A stretch of DNA of 64,000 nt from Octopus sinensis (GCF_006345805.1 NC_042998.1:92690001-92754000), one strand, 5' to 3'. Shown: positions 1 to 12,145, numbered from the stretch's first letter. The notes: generated by a model from the letters alone, not told the origin. Translations and numbers: made by a program.

Positions 1-79
1 TACATATATACATACATGCATGTACGCATACATACATACATCTGATAGCCTAGAATACATAACATACATACATACGTAA

Positions 80-400
80 GAGCACTCTGTCGGTTACGAT
101 GACGAGGGTCCCAGCTGATACGATCAACGGAACAGCCTGCTCGGGAAATTAACGTGCAAGTGACTGAGCAATCCACAGACACACGTACCCCTAACGTAGT
201 TCTCAGGGAGATTCAGCGCGACACAGAGTGTGACAAGGCCGGCCCTTTGAAATACAGGTACAACACATATTTGCCAGCTGAGTGGACTGGAGCAACGTGA
301 AATAAAGTGTCTTGCTCAAGGACACAACGCGTCGCTGGGAATCGAATTCACGACCTTACAATCGTGAGCTGAATGCCCTAACCACTAAGCCACGCGCCTT
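80..400 (-). mobile_element. tRNA-derived SINE (family A, CORE-like central domain)
   Basis: Minus strand begins GGCGCGTGGCTTAGTGGTTAGGG (A box), then GAATTCGATTCCC (B box-like), then GTTGTGTCCTTGAGCAAGACACTT; homologous copies at ~14965-15200, 18390-18692 and 26800-27140. Confidence 0.8.
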
Positions 401-404
401 CACT

Positions 405-455
405 ACATACATACATACATACATACATACATACATACATACATACATACATACA

Positions 456-484
<29 letters not shown>
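405..484 (+). repeat. (TACA)n microsatellite
   Basis: Tetranucleotide run; similar CA/TACA/TA/TATC runs fill 920-1500 and 1720-1900. Confidence 0.95.
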
Positions 485-486
<2 letters not shown>

Positions 487-487
487 C

Positions 488-905
488 TAAACACACAAAG
501 CCAAACATTCCATTCAACCTGGCAAACCGAATTTGCGCAGAAGTAGTAAAGAATGCTAGATGCACCAATGAGGATTACCTGATATGTAAGATTAACCCTG
601 GCATTAACTGTAGAACTAGAAAATTAGAAATGTAGTCTGTAGGATAAGGTGCGTAAAGACAAGAACATGACATACACTGTGGGGACATCTAGAAGTATTG
701 CGGAGAGACTAAACGAACATTTGAGACAATATGACGACAAAAAACAGTCCTCCATACTCTACCAACATACCAAAGACCAGCATGGAAGCACACTGGGTCG
801 ACTTGATATCTACATTTTATCAAAGCACCCGGAAGACCCAACACTCAGATAAACATCGCCAGTACTAAATATACGTGGAAGGTAGCGATATTCCAATACG
901 CACAG
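488..905 (+). pseudogene. Decayed Penelope-like element fragment (RT thumb + GIY-YIG remnants)
   Basis: HTKPNIPFNLANRIC matches HTKTNIPFNLARRIC of the intact PLE ORF; ORF 649-852 (TYTVGTSRSIAERLNEH..LYQH..QH) resembles a PLE GIY-YIG domain. Confidence 0.7.
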
Positions 906-1717
906 TTTATACAGGTAGATATACACACGCAAACACACACACACACACGCGCGCACACGCACACGCACGCACACACACACACACACACACACAGACACCA
1001 CACAAACACACACACATATATATTTCTATAAGTAGGTAAATGGATAAGTAAGTAAACAGGTAGATATGTAGATAGGGGGGTGCATAGGTAATATGGACAG
1101 GCAAGCACACACACACACACACACACAAACACATACATACACAAAAGAAGACTGAAACATACGACCATATACACATACGCACACTTCACACACATACGAA
1201 CACAAACGTGAACACACAAATACATGAATATGCAGAATACATACATAGAAATGTACACACACGCATACATATATATGCATACACACATACATACATTCAT
1301 ACATACACACATACATACATGCATACATACATACATACATACATACATACATGCATGCATGCATGCATGCATACATACATGCATACATGCATACATACAT
1401 ACATACATACATACATACATACATACATACATACATACATACATACATACACACATGTATGTATGTATACACATACATAGTGGCGCACACATACGCGCAC
1501 AAACAAAAAAAAACACAGCTCCAATGACAGACAGAGTCAACCCCTTTTGAAGAGGTTGCAAGAAGCAACGAAAATGTTAGAAAAAATAAGGAAATGAGTG
1601 GGAATCGATTCGGTGAGTGTGTTTAATTAATAAGGTGGCGATCATTCGGTACTAGTAACATAACTGCCAATTATAAACCCACGTGGGTTTATTTACATTT
1701 CTGAAGAAAAAAGATAC

Positions 1718-1802
<85 letters not shown>

Positions 1803-1804
1803 CA

Positions 1805-1899
<95 letters not shown>

Positions 1900-2245
1900 T
1901 TATTGTACTGTATTTTTATTTTGTATTTTATTTTGTAATTTTATTTGTATCGTTTTTACGTCCTGTTTTTGTCACATTTTTTTCTTTCCTTGTTTTTACC
2001 CCTCTGCAAAGGAATTTTATTTAATTCTTTCGCAGGAAGGATTAGTTCGACGAGTCGTGTTCTGTCCTCACCTTCGAAACACGCATGGGTCGAACTAGGG
2101 ACAGCTGATGAAGGGGAATTTTCCTTGTGTTGTTTGTCTTGTACTCCGTTTTTTCGTTATTAAAAAAAGGTCCGTTTCCATGTTTGTTTTTACGTTTTCG
2201 TTTCTCGTTGAGTTCTACGTCTATTTGTGGTGTCCTGTACTCACG
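1900..2245 (+). mobile_element. Non-coding repeat carrying a rearranged hammerhead-like motif
   Basis: Homologous by eye over ~300 bp to 11618-11971 (minus); contains GAAAC (2076) upstream of CTGATGA (2105). Confidence 0.65.
2043..2116 (+). ncRNA. Candidate non-circularly permuted hammerhead ribozyme
   Basis: CGTGT(2056-60)/ACACG(2079-83) = stem III; T2061 = H17; CTGTCCT(2062-68)/GGGACAG(2098-2104) = stem I; CTGATGA 2105-11; CCT/AGG = short stem II; extra helix TAGTTCGAC/GTCGAACTA. Confidence 0.55.
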
Positions 2246-2389
2246 TATATATATTTATATATGCATGTATATATACATGTAGATGTAGGTACGTACATAT
2301 ATGTATGTATGCATATATTTTATTTATTAAATTATTGTATGACTGAGCGCCCTCGCGTCGTTTCGTTTCCTCCAAGTAAGTTTATATAA

Positions 2390-4333
2390 TGGAAAGAACT
2401 GATAGAACTCCAAAATGATGAAGATATAACCATTAAGGAAGCGGACAAGGGAAATGCAGTTGTAATAATGGATACATCATACTACAGAAATCTTGTAATT
2501 TCCTTGCTTGATGAAGACCTACATTATGAAAAAATTACCAACTACACCCCACAAAAAATAATGAAAACTCTATCTTCACTAATTAAAACCCATGAAAAGG
2601 AACTGACAACCAAAGAGATTGATTTCCTAACAAACTTTAAATGCAAACCTAGCCTTTTCTATGGTCTGCCAAAAATTCATAAAAGTCAAATTATAAATGA
2701 AACCATTAAAAAATCACCAAAGACATACATACACACACCTAATCCGGGGGACCTAAAACTACGACCCATTGTAGCTGGCCCAACCTGTGAAACACACAGA
2801 CTAAGTCTACTTATGGACATCCTCTTGAAACCCTTCCTTAAACATATCGATAGCCATATCAGAGATGACTTAGATATGTTAAACCACCTTCCAAAAAAAA
2901 CCAAGGAAGAAACAATCCTGGTTTCATTTGATGTAGTCAACTTGTATACCAGTATACCTCATAATTATGGACTGGAGGCAATACAATTCTGGTTAGACCA
3001 ATTTCCGGAAGAAATACCAAAAAGGATCAGTAAAGAATTCATTACTAAATCAATTGAATTCATCCTACACAATAACCACTTCATGTTTGACAATACATTT
3101 TACCGTCAAAAATCCGGAATTGCTATGGGTACAAGGGCAGCACCAGTCATTGCGAACTTAACAATGGGATACATGGAAATAATCATTTACCAGGAATCTC
3201 TATCAATCTTTGGAAACTCCCTCTCTCAATACATAAAAGAGAATTGGAAACGATTCCTAGACGATTGTTTCATTCTCTGGAATGAAAACATAGATAAACT
3301 CCTAAAATTTAAAAACCTATTGAACAGCATAAACCCAAATATACAGTTCACAATGGAATACAACCAAAAGGAGCTCCCGTTCTTGGATATACTAATTAAA
3401 AAAATTAACCTTAAAATAGAAACAGACATTTTTTACAAAGCCACAGACGCCAAACAATACCTTCTTTTTAATTCATGCCACCCAAGACACACTAAAACAA
3501 ACATCCCCTTCAACCTTGCAAGAAGGATATGCACAATAGTGTCAGAACAAAATACCAGGAACTTTAGACTGCAAGAACTCAAAAACACCCTAATTGACAG
3601 ACATTACCCAGCTCAACTCATAGAGGATGGGATCAGACGTGCAACAGAAATCAACATAGAAACTTTAAGAAAAGTTCAACACAACAACACACCTTCCCCG
3701 AAAATACTACCTTACATATCTACATACAACCCCAGAAACAAAGAAGCCTTCACCATCATCACCCAGAATTTACCAATACTTCATAAAAACCCAAAATTAA
3801 AGGAAATTCTAAACATACACCAAATCATTAAAAGCTACAAACAGCCTAAATCACTTAAAAAGATTCTCACAAAGGCAAAATTGTCTTCTAAAATTACGGA
3901 TGCAAAAGTAAAAAAATGTGGTAGATCGAACTGTGCAACATGTCCTAACCTATTGGAAGGATCAGAATTCCTCTTTAAAGAGGGACAGAAATTTAAGATC
4001 AAATCTAACTTTACTTGTGCCTCTGAAAACATAATTTATGTTATTAAATGCTCGGGCTGCCACCAAGACTACGTGGGTTCCACGGGACTATCACTCAGGC
4101 GCAGATGCACACTGCATCGACAACAGATTGCATTCCCAGAATATAGAATGATACCTTTTAGTGAGCACATTGAGAAATGCGCAAAGCAACTACTGCCACA
4201 ATTTTTAATCTTCCCATTTTACCAATGTGCTTTCGGATCATCAACACAAATGAGACTGAACAAGGAAACATTCTTCATTGAAAAGTACAAACCCAGACTC
4301 AACCATCCGAACATACTGACACAGAGAAATTAA
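2390..4333 (+). CDS. Penelope-like element polyprotein (RT + GIY-YIG endonuclease), 5'-truncated, frame open from 2390
   Basis: ADKGNAVVIMD, YGLPKIHK, LRPIV, SFDVVNLYT, GIAMGT, RFLDD, FLD, SCHP motifs; linker CGRSNCATC; NIIYVIKCSGCHQDYVGST..RCTLH..H GIY-YIG; no internal stops. First ATG at 2468. Confidence 0.93.
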   Translation, partial: WKELIELQNDEDITIKEADKGNAVVIMDTSYYRNLVISLLDEDLHYEKITNYTPQKIMKTLSSLIKTHEKELTTKEIDFLTNFKCKPSLFYGLPKIHKSQIINETIKKSPKTYIHTPNPGDLKLRPIVAGPTCETHRLSLLMDILLKPFLKHIDSHIRDDLDMLNHLPKKTKEETILVSFDVVNLYTSIPHNYGLEAIQFWLDQFPEEIPKRISKEFITKSIEFILHNNHFMFDNTFYRQKSGIAMGTRAAPVIANLTMGYMEIIIYQESLSIFGNSLSQYIKENWKRFLDDCFILWNENIDKLLKFKNLLNSINPNIQFTMEYNQKELPFLDILIKKINLKIETDIFYKATDAKQYLLFNSCHPRHTKTNIPFNLARRICTIVSEQNTRNFRLQELKNTLIDRHYPAQLIEDGIRRATEINIETLRKVQHNNTPSPKILPYISTYNPRNKEAFTIITQNLPILHKNPKLKEILNIHQIIKSYKQPKSLKKILTKAKLSSKITDAKVKKCGRSNCATCPNLLEGSEFLFKEGQKFKIKSNFTCASENIIYVIKCSGCHQDYVGSTGLSLRRRCTLHRQQIAFPEYRMIPFSEHIEKCAKQLLPQFLIFPFYQCAFGSSTQMRLNKETFFIEKYKPRLNHPNILTQRN

Positions 4334-4468
4334 CAAGGAAATGGAAAAAAAATTTTTTAAGCGATTATCTCCCCTACACCGGAAAAAATCACTCACTACC
4401 TCCCCTTATTTAGAAATCTCCTGGAAATAAAAACAACGATAATTCCATGCAATATAACATAACGTCAC

Positions 4469-4508
4469 AAGAAATTTGAAAAGCTACACGCGAAACCGGT
4501 AATTTCTT
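4469..4508 (+). ncRNA. Minimal type I hammerhead ribozyme (U3-A8 core variant) in PLE 3' region
   Basis: AAGAAAT-TTGAAAA-GC(TACAC)GC-GAAAC-CG-GTA-ATTTCTT: perfect 7-bp stem I, palindromic ACCGGT stem III, GUA triplet. Confidence 0.75.
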
Positions 4509-4722
4509 TAAAAATTTTAAAATTATGTCATTTTAAGGAAAGGAAAAAAATTTTTCCAATATTCTCCAGACATTTTGACACAAATATATATATTTTTTAA
4601 CATTTAAGCCTTCTGTCGTTTTTTCACACTTTACTATTTTCTTATATATTCACCCACGTGCTTTACCAAACAAACTTTCTTATCTATATATATATATATT
4701 ATATATATATATATATAATATA

Positions 4723-4761
<39 letters not shown>

Positions 4762-4771
4762 TATATATATG

Positions 4772-4930
4772 TAAATCTAAAATTAAAAATAACAAATAAC
4801 AAAACAACAAAAGTCAAAATGACATACACGTGGGATGTATTAGCATGACGCTCAGTATAAAATAGAAATTAGAGTGGGTGCATAACGTTTCGAGCAACGC
4901 TGTTCATCAGGAAGAGGAGAAAGAAAAGCA
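4772..4930 (-). mobile_element. Short non-coding element with degenerate minimal HHR
   Basis: Minus strand CTGATGA-AC-AGC(GTT)GCT-C-GAAACGTT at ~4880-4910; related to 35281-35440 and 50547-50687; abuts (TA)n. Confidence 0.55.
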
Positions 4931-5934
4931 CCTGTGTGATCAGAATTGTTGCGGAAAACTGAATACTGACGTACCGCTACATTTTGGAATTTGAGATATT
5001 GTATTCAAAGGGGTAATTTGCACATACGTCGTGTAATATGCCTGACAAATTTTCTCCCTCATTCTCTGCTTCAACTCATCAAAAACCGTTCTGTTTTCTA
5101 CTTTCTACTTATGAGTAGATTAATAAGACATCCTCATTCTATTCATTTTATGGGAAAATGTTTAGATGTGTTTCATATTGTGAAAAGGGTAAACTAATGC
5201 ATTCATATGAAAAATACAAGGAAATGTTTACTGAAAAAAGGGTTAAAGATAACAGCCTGAATATTTTCATTTTAATCAAAAGCCAAAAAGTTTAATCACA
5301 CCATTTAGAGGTTACTTCGATTATTTAATTGTAAACAAATGTAATAAATATCCAACAATAGCGAGCTTGGGGAAATATTTCAAATATGTCAATGATACCG
5401 ATAGATAAATAGGTAAATAAAAATAAATAGATAAAAGTAAATGTGGTAGGTGTTGGTGTACCGAATGTCACAAGCAATAAATAAATAAATAAATAAATAA
5501 ATAAAGTATTTCCTAATATGTTGAAATTAGCTTTTTGAATAAAGAAAGCAAACATCTAACTGCAATCGTTGGCGATGCTCAACGAAAAGGTAAAATAAAT
5601 TCAAGAAAGTAAAAGTTAATTTTTAAAAAAATTAATTTTTACACTTAATAGAAAATTTACACTCCCTCTCACACACATATATACAAACAACAGTCTTATT
5701 TGTCAAGCGTTTCTCTTTTCTACAAATAGAGTAATTTCAATATAGTAATATATTTCCATATATATCTGCTTGATTTATCTTAATCTATGCGGCTGGCTTC
5801 TTACAGTGATATCCTTAACTCACTTTGTTAAATATTATACAAATAACGGCTGATCACAAACAGGGTCAACGCTTGAGAACTCAGCGCTCAAGGCTATTCC
5901 TAAAAGTGTGTCTTCTTCACCCAGTATGTGTGTA

Positions 5935-5971
<37 letters not shown>

Positions 5972-6662
5972 TTTTCTTTGCTTCCTTTTTATATTTTTAG
6001 AAAATCCCTACTTTTAGTTATATTAAGAAGTTCTGTCTTAGTTCGGAATTTGTGTAGTGCCCACAGATTTAAGCAACTTGGGTAATCACATGGCTTGCTT
6101 TGTCCATAGTGCTGGCCTTGAGCACAAAACCATGGGTTTTTTTTAACTACTGTGCAAAGCCTACCAATCATATTAATCAGACAGGCTCGTGCTGAGTGCT
6201 ACACTGACGAAATTTAGTAATACCGGAACATTTTCGTTACTGTAACTATCCTTATTAACAAACTTTTACTTAAGCATAAGAATTAAGTTTTAAAAAGTTA
6301 ATTCTTACTTTCTTTAATATTTTCCCTCTTCTCTTTGTGAGTCGTCAGCGATTCCGCTGGAATGTTTTTTTCTTTCACTCATTCATTACGAATTTTATCG
6401 TATAACATACTGTGCCCGAACATCTTAATATAAATACTCTGGCAACTGGCGTTTTATTACACTTGTGTGAGACATGAATATGGATTTTATTGATTCGAAG
6501 AGTTTATATATATTATTACATAGATACATACATACACACATATATACACAGAAGCACGCACACACGGACAAAGACGCACACACAGAGACAAAGACACACA
6601 CACCTACACAAATATACTTATATACATTTATACACGCATGCACTCATACATGCAAACATATA

Positions 6663-6693
<31 letters not shown>

Positions 6694-6765
6694 CTTATCT
6701 AAAAACACATTCCATTCAACCTGGCAAAGTAGTAGTAAATAATCCTACAAAATATGATAAAAAAG

Positions 6766-6840
6766 TTGGACGAGCAGAAAAAAAAATGCTGGACGAGCAA
6801 AAAAAAAGCTGGACGAGCAGAAAAAAAAAAGCTGGATGAA
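6766..6840 (+). repeat. Short tandem repeat (GCTGGACGAGCA + A-run), about 4 units
   Basis: Direct reading; unit ~20-23 bp. Confidence 0.8.
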
Positions 6841-7375
6841 GAGGAAAACATACTTGTTCAAAGAACAGTTCCACTTTGTCTAATTACGAATGGAATGAAG
6901 AGGGCGAGGGAAAAGAGAAGAGAGTAAACAGTGAAACGGAAAAAAAATTTTGCTATTTATATTTGTCTTGAACTCTAGAAATACCGAAATATTTTTGCAT
7001 ATTTGTAAAAACCTATCTTATTTATTATATATGAAGAACGAAAAATGAAAATGTTTTGGAAAAGTTACAAATCATCAAAAGCAAAAGACATCCTAAGACA
7101 TTGAAGAAAATATTTTTAAGTAAACAAATTCCCAGCCCTACTATTACAAAATTGTTTATATTGTAGGCAATAACTTGTTACAAATGCCTGGCAAACTAAA
7201 TCGGACAAATCATATTGCCACTGCGTAAATGAATGACGACACACACCGACAACTACAAAGTAAGAAGTTTTCATAAACAAGGCTTACCAAGTTTTAAAGA
7301 AGTATTACGAGTTACAAAGTCCAGAAGCAAGAATTGATTTGACGATAGCACATAGTACAAGGCTTATTATTGTTC

Positions 7376-7600
7376 TGGCAGAGGTAGCAAACCGAAAGAA
7401 TCGTTAGCATGTTGGACAAAATGCTTAACTACATTTCTTCAGGCTAATTACTGTCTCAGTTCAATTTCTGCCGATGTTGACTTTGCCTTTCATTCTTTCT
7501 AGATTGATAAAATAAGTAACAGCTGAGCATTGGGTTCAATGTAATCGACTTACTTCCTTCAACTAAAATTACTAACCTTTAGCCCAAAATTCAAACAGTT
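7376..7600 (+). mobile_element. tRNA-derived SINE (family B, Nin-like domain), diverged
   Basis: GAATCGTTAGCATG..AAATGCTTA..GACTTTGCCTTTCATTCTTT..GATAAAATAAGTA shared with many copies in the window. Confidence 0.65.
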
Positions 7601-7699
7601 ATTATCCTGGCAAAGGGATCTAAATAAACTACTCCGTCAAAACGAAAATTTACTGTCCTAATATAAAACTACTAAGTTAAAGATTGAGAAAGGAATCAG

Positions 7700-9560
7700 A
7701 AGCATGAAAAATAAGAGATGGAAGTGCAGAAGTATGCAACAAAAAGAATACCAAAGAGCTTTACTCTCTATATCAAGTTCAAGATTCTCGCTCAATTTTC
7801 TGGGACACCATTAGACCTATTAATGGTGAAACATTTATTACAGAATTAAATAGAATGCCTCAACGATGGCAACTAGTGATCTGCTAAATTATTCATCTAA
7901 CATTGGTTGCTACCCCATTTTTTGTTGAGAATTCATTCAGCAAACTCCTATAATCACTTCCTTGATGAATTATCTATTGTCAATGGAAAAATAAGAGATG
8001 GTGCTCTTGGCATTGATATGATTTCTGCAGAAGTGCTCAAAGCAGTGGAAAATATGATGCTGGATCTTCTGCAAAATCTTGGATAAGATCTACAGGGAAA
8101 ATTATACATTTTCTCAAGATTTGGAGAGATCCGTTGTTGAAAGTGTTGCACAAACAAAAAAGCGAGTAAGACGCATGGTGATTAATGAGGCATTTCCATC
8201 CCCAAACTTGTAGGCAAAATATTGAGTAGAATTATTATTCACGAGTTCATTCAACACACTGGTATATGCCTTCTTGAGTCTTAATAATCTTTTTCACGCT
8301 GCACAAGGGACCAATGACATGACTATTTTCAGCTCGTCAGTTACAATAAAAATTCATTGAGCAGAGAGACTTGCAATCTATAATTACTTCTGATCTCACT
8401 CAAGTTTTCGATTCAGTGAATCGAGATGCATTATGGGAGATTCTCAGAAAATCGGTTGCCTTGATAAATTCACAAACATGGAATTTTTTCATGTTGAAAT
8501 GAGAGTGTCACTTTTATATAGAGAGAAATACTCAAACTCGTTTTCAATTAGTGGTGGTATAACACAGTAATATTACTGCTTTTACTTTATTTACTATGTA
8601 TGTACTTCACAAAAGTATAAATCAATCGCTTTCACAGGCTAATCTTAAGTAACAGCTAAGTATATATAAAGTATATTCGCGACTTACTTAATGGTTTAAT
8701 TCTAAATCACATACTTTGACTTTTCAATCTCTAAAAAGAGACCTTTTATGCTGACGACAGTGAAATCATTACATACAAAAATAAAGCAAAAGGGATCTTT
8801 AGATTCTTACGGATTAAATTTCCTCGGCATGTAATATATCAAGCCATAATAAATCTTGATAAAACTGTTATTCTTTATTAGGACAGCACTGGAAAACCTC
8901 GTGAGAAACCTAAATTAATAGCATTGCAGTAAAACTTGAAAATAAAGACTGCATGTTAAACAGGGAGGCAAATCTTGATGGCGACATTGCAAACAGAATT
9001 AAGTCATAGATATCTTTTTGAAATATTGCAATCTTCACGATTTATATTTTTAAAAATTAGTAAAATATCTATTTTCAAAACGTGCATTTTTGTATGTTGT
9101 ATTGTATGACTGTGAAACATTTATTATACATTCTAAACATGCTTAATAGTTGAATCGTTTACAGTAAAAGTCTCTTCGACAAATTTAGCATAATAAAGTG
9201 GGATTATGAAAGTGACGTTGGAGTTTTGGAGTTCGCAAATACTGTAATCACAGAAGTTCTAATGCAAGTAGCAGACTGAGGTGAAAAGACAATATAGTTT
9301 GTACGGAAGATACAAGAATTCTAAAACATCTATTCTATGGAGAAGTATGTTCTGGGAAAAGAACGCTTCTGCACAAATCGAAGTTGAGATACAAAGACTG
9401 CCTTTAATTTGATGAAAATATAGAAAAATATTATTCGTGTAGAAAGATGGGAAAATGCAACTGATAGTGCATCATGGCGTTAGATATATTCAATGTTGTT
9501 AAGCATTTTAAAGGGAGATGTATTAAACATTCAAATCTGAAACCTGATGCGGGAAAGGAA
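7700..9560 (+). pseudogene. Heavily decayed RTE-clade LINE reverse transcriptase
   Basis: Frame-broken motifs GIDMISAEVLK, ARQLQ*KFIEQ, DLTQVFDSVNRDALW, YADDS, ILKHLFYGE in the expected order. Confidence 0.7.
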
Positions 9561-9899
9561 ACCCTATAGATATTAATGATCTCATCAAATATTCAACTTG
9601 TAATCGAGTGTCTTTCTAAGATTGTTCATGTTAGTCTCTCAAGGTTGCAAGCTAATAATAAATCCCTACCATTCGAAAGAACATGTTTCTATCAATGATG
9701 TAACAAATGTCATATACCATTGCTTCTCCATTCCATATTATTGAAAAGAAATTCTTATATAAAATTTGTAGTAAAAGCTGTAAATAATCAGCTGAGCTAA
9801 AATGAATTTCTTATTTTTTTACTTTCTGGGTCTAGAAGTAGATGCAGTGTCCCTAGGCGGGTGAGATTGTTGCTATTAATATTCCTCTTGGAATCTTCG

Positions 9900-10600
9900 T
9901 GAGTCAGCATGTACAGGAGAGATATAGGCAGAGACGGAATTGGTGGGAGCTGACGTTCAGGGAAGGAAGTGATTCTTGGAAGATGCTTTTTAATGAGCGT
10001 CAGGAAGCTCCGAGCTGTACTTGTAGAAATATCTATATTGCATAGAGGATTAAACCATACCTTTCTTTTTCTAAATGTTCTTCAGATTTGGGGGTAGGAT
10101 GGGGATTGTCCATTTGCATTAACTTAGCAGTAAAGCTACTCCTCTCTAATGCCTTATATTAGTGAGATGTGACTCTTTTGAAGATCTTTGTTCGCAAATA
10201 GATTGGAGATTCTTCCACTGATACCTATTTCGGATTTCTGCAGCCGGGGTCATGACTAGATTGTCCATAGACATAAAGCTTTCTCGTTGGGCTTTCTGTA
10301 GAGATATTTTTAACCTGTCTTGAAGTATGGTATTACGTCCAGATAGTCAACCTTTGTTAAGTGAGTGGCAGCAATAACAATAAGGCCAAATTCTCTGAAG
10401 ATGATTCTAAGATTATTCCTGAACTTATCCTTGGGGTGGCGATCATAAAGCTTGAGACTGCCAAACCATCATCCCTCTACACGAATTGTGATGGTACGAA
10501 CGTTTTTAAGGGCACCCAGCACAAATAACCCAGCGAGGTTAGCAGCCTCAGCTTCTCTTTCGGAGGCTAGATAACACTGCCTCGTTAGCTGCGTTTCAGT
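9900..10600 (-). pseudogene. Decayed Penelope-like element RT fragment
   Basis: Minus-strand motifs RDDGLAV, KVDYLDV, YRKPNEK, GRISNL, RKVWFNP typical of the PLE RT palm and thumb. Confidence 0.65.
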
Positions 10601-11264
10601 ATTCAATTTATATCCTTTAAATCCTATAGGATACGCTCTTGTTTCTCAGATTACGTTATCTATCATCGGCTAAAAATATTTCAAGTTACCTCTCTATTGT
10701 ACAAAACCTGCACTCTTCTTATTTCACTTGTATGCAGGGGCATTGTAGTTTAAAACTAGTATTTTCAGATTTTAAACTCGATATATATTATTGTCTTACA
10801 AAATATTTTACTTATTAAATGTTTGGCTCTGCATAATACGACATTTAAGCAAATCTGAGGTAGAACCAATGTAATCTCTATTTACAGACACGGCAAATAG
10901 AAAAGAGTACAAGCTTTTTATGATAGATGGACTTAAAATATTTAGAATTGATAATGGATTACTTAAATGGAGAAACAAGATCATATTCCCATGTAAACAT
11001 CGGCTCTTTAAATGTTTTAGTAATGGCTTCAAATCTTGGCGCAAGGTCAACAAGTTCGGAGGAGGCTTAAGTTGATTACATTGATCTCAGTGTTCAGCTG
11101 GTACTGATTTTATGAGTTTAGGGGCCCAGAATGTATCATCCTATTATGTGAGCAAGTGTATGTGTGTGTGGTGTGTGTGTGTGCGTGTGTGTATGTTTGC
11201 GTGTGTGTTTGTGTGTGTGTGCATGTAGGGGAAAAAAGCTTTTAAATATATGTAGCAACTTTTA

Positions 11265-11486
11265 GCTTCTACTTGTTTCAGTCATTGGACTGCGGCCTTA
11301 CTGGGGCATGACCTTGAAGTATTTTAGTCATACAAATCGAGTTCAGTACTTATTATCTAAGTCTGTCACTTATTCTATTGGTCATTTTTATGGAATTTCT
11401 AGGTTATGGAGATGTAAACAAACCAACCCTTGCTGTCAAGTGGTGGGGGAAGGTGACAAACAAAAAGAAACGCATACATATGTATG

Positions 11487-11533
<47 letters not shown>

Positions 11534-11969
11534 ATATAAATAATATATAGATATATGCATACATTCATACATATATGTACATACCTACATATGTATGTAT
11601 ATATACATGCACGTATGGATACAGGAAATCAAAAAAGCGTAGACACAATGAGAAATGAAAACATAAAAATCAAAAACATAGAAAACGAACCTTTTTCGAA
11701 CAACGAAAAAAAACGATCAGAGAAACAAGACATGCAACATAAAGAACATTACCATCATCAGTTGTCCCCTGTTTTATCTACTCTGTGTTTCGAAGGTAAT
11801 GACGTTGAAACAGTCCTTCCCGCAAAGCAAATTAAATAAAATTTGAGATTTTTTTGTGGGGAGTGAAAGTGGTAACAAAAACAGGACAGTGAGAACAAAA
11901 CAGTAAAGACAAACGGTGAGGGATGTTAAGTCAAGACGATGTGAAGATTATGAATGCTGGAAAAACGAG

Positions 11970-12016
<47 letters not shown>

Positions 12017-12145
12017 GATAGGCTTTCACATAATTTCCACCTAAATTCACTCACAAGACATTGGTTGTCCTGGAGCTATAGCAGATTGAAAATACTTCCC
12101 CAAGGTGTTGCAAAGTGGAATTGAACCAAAAACTACATGGCATGC
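11265..12145 (-). mobile_element. tRNA-derived SINE family C split by an insertion in its internal (TA)n tract
   Basis: 3' half (CTTGTTTCAGTCATTGGACTGCGGCC..) at 11270-11470 and 5' half (..CACTCACAAG..TGAACC) at 12015-12145. Confidence 0.65.
11618..11971 (-). mobile_element. Second, degenerate copy of the rearranged-HHR repeat
   Basis: Minus strand ATTACCTTC-GAAAC-ACAGAG..AAAACAG-GGGACAA-CTGATGA-TGGTAAT; flanks align with 1900-2245. Confidence 0.65.

Larger units (their letters stand above)
2390..4680 (+). mobile_element. Penelope-like retroelement (probably Neptune-like, from the Cys-rich linker) with 3' pLTR region
   Basis: PLE ORF followed by ~350 bp non-coding tail containing a minimal HHR and ending at a (TA)n run. 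Confidence 0.85.

Noticed and set aside
845-1568. Long ORFs rich in YVCM/HTYI/IYIY (also at 13.5k, 20.3k, 29.8k, 35.1k, 37.0k, 48.7k, 51.9k)
   Set aside because: Translations of stop-free microsatellites, not genes.
6198-6245. HHR-like CTGACGA..GGAAC..GTT
   Set aside because: GAAA is mutated and there is no stem II; could be chance.
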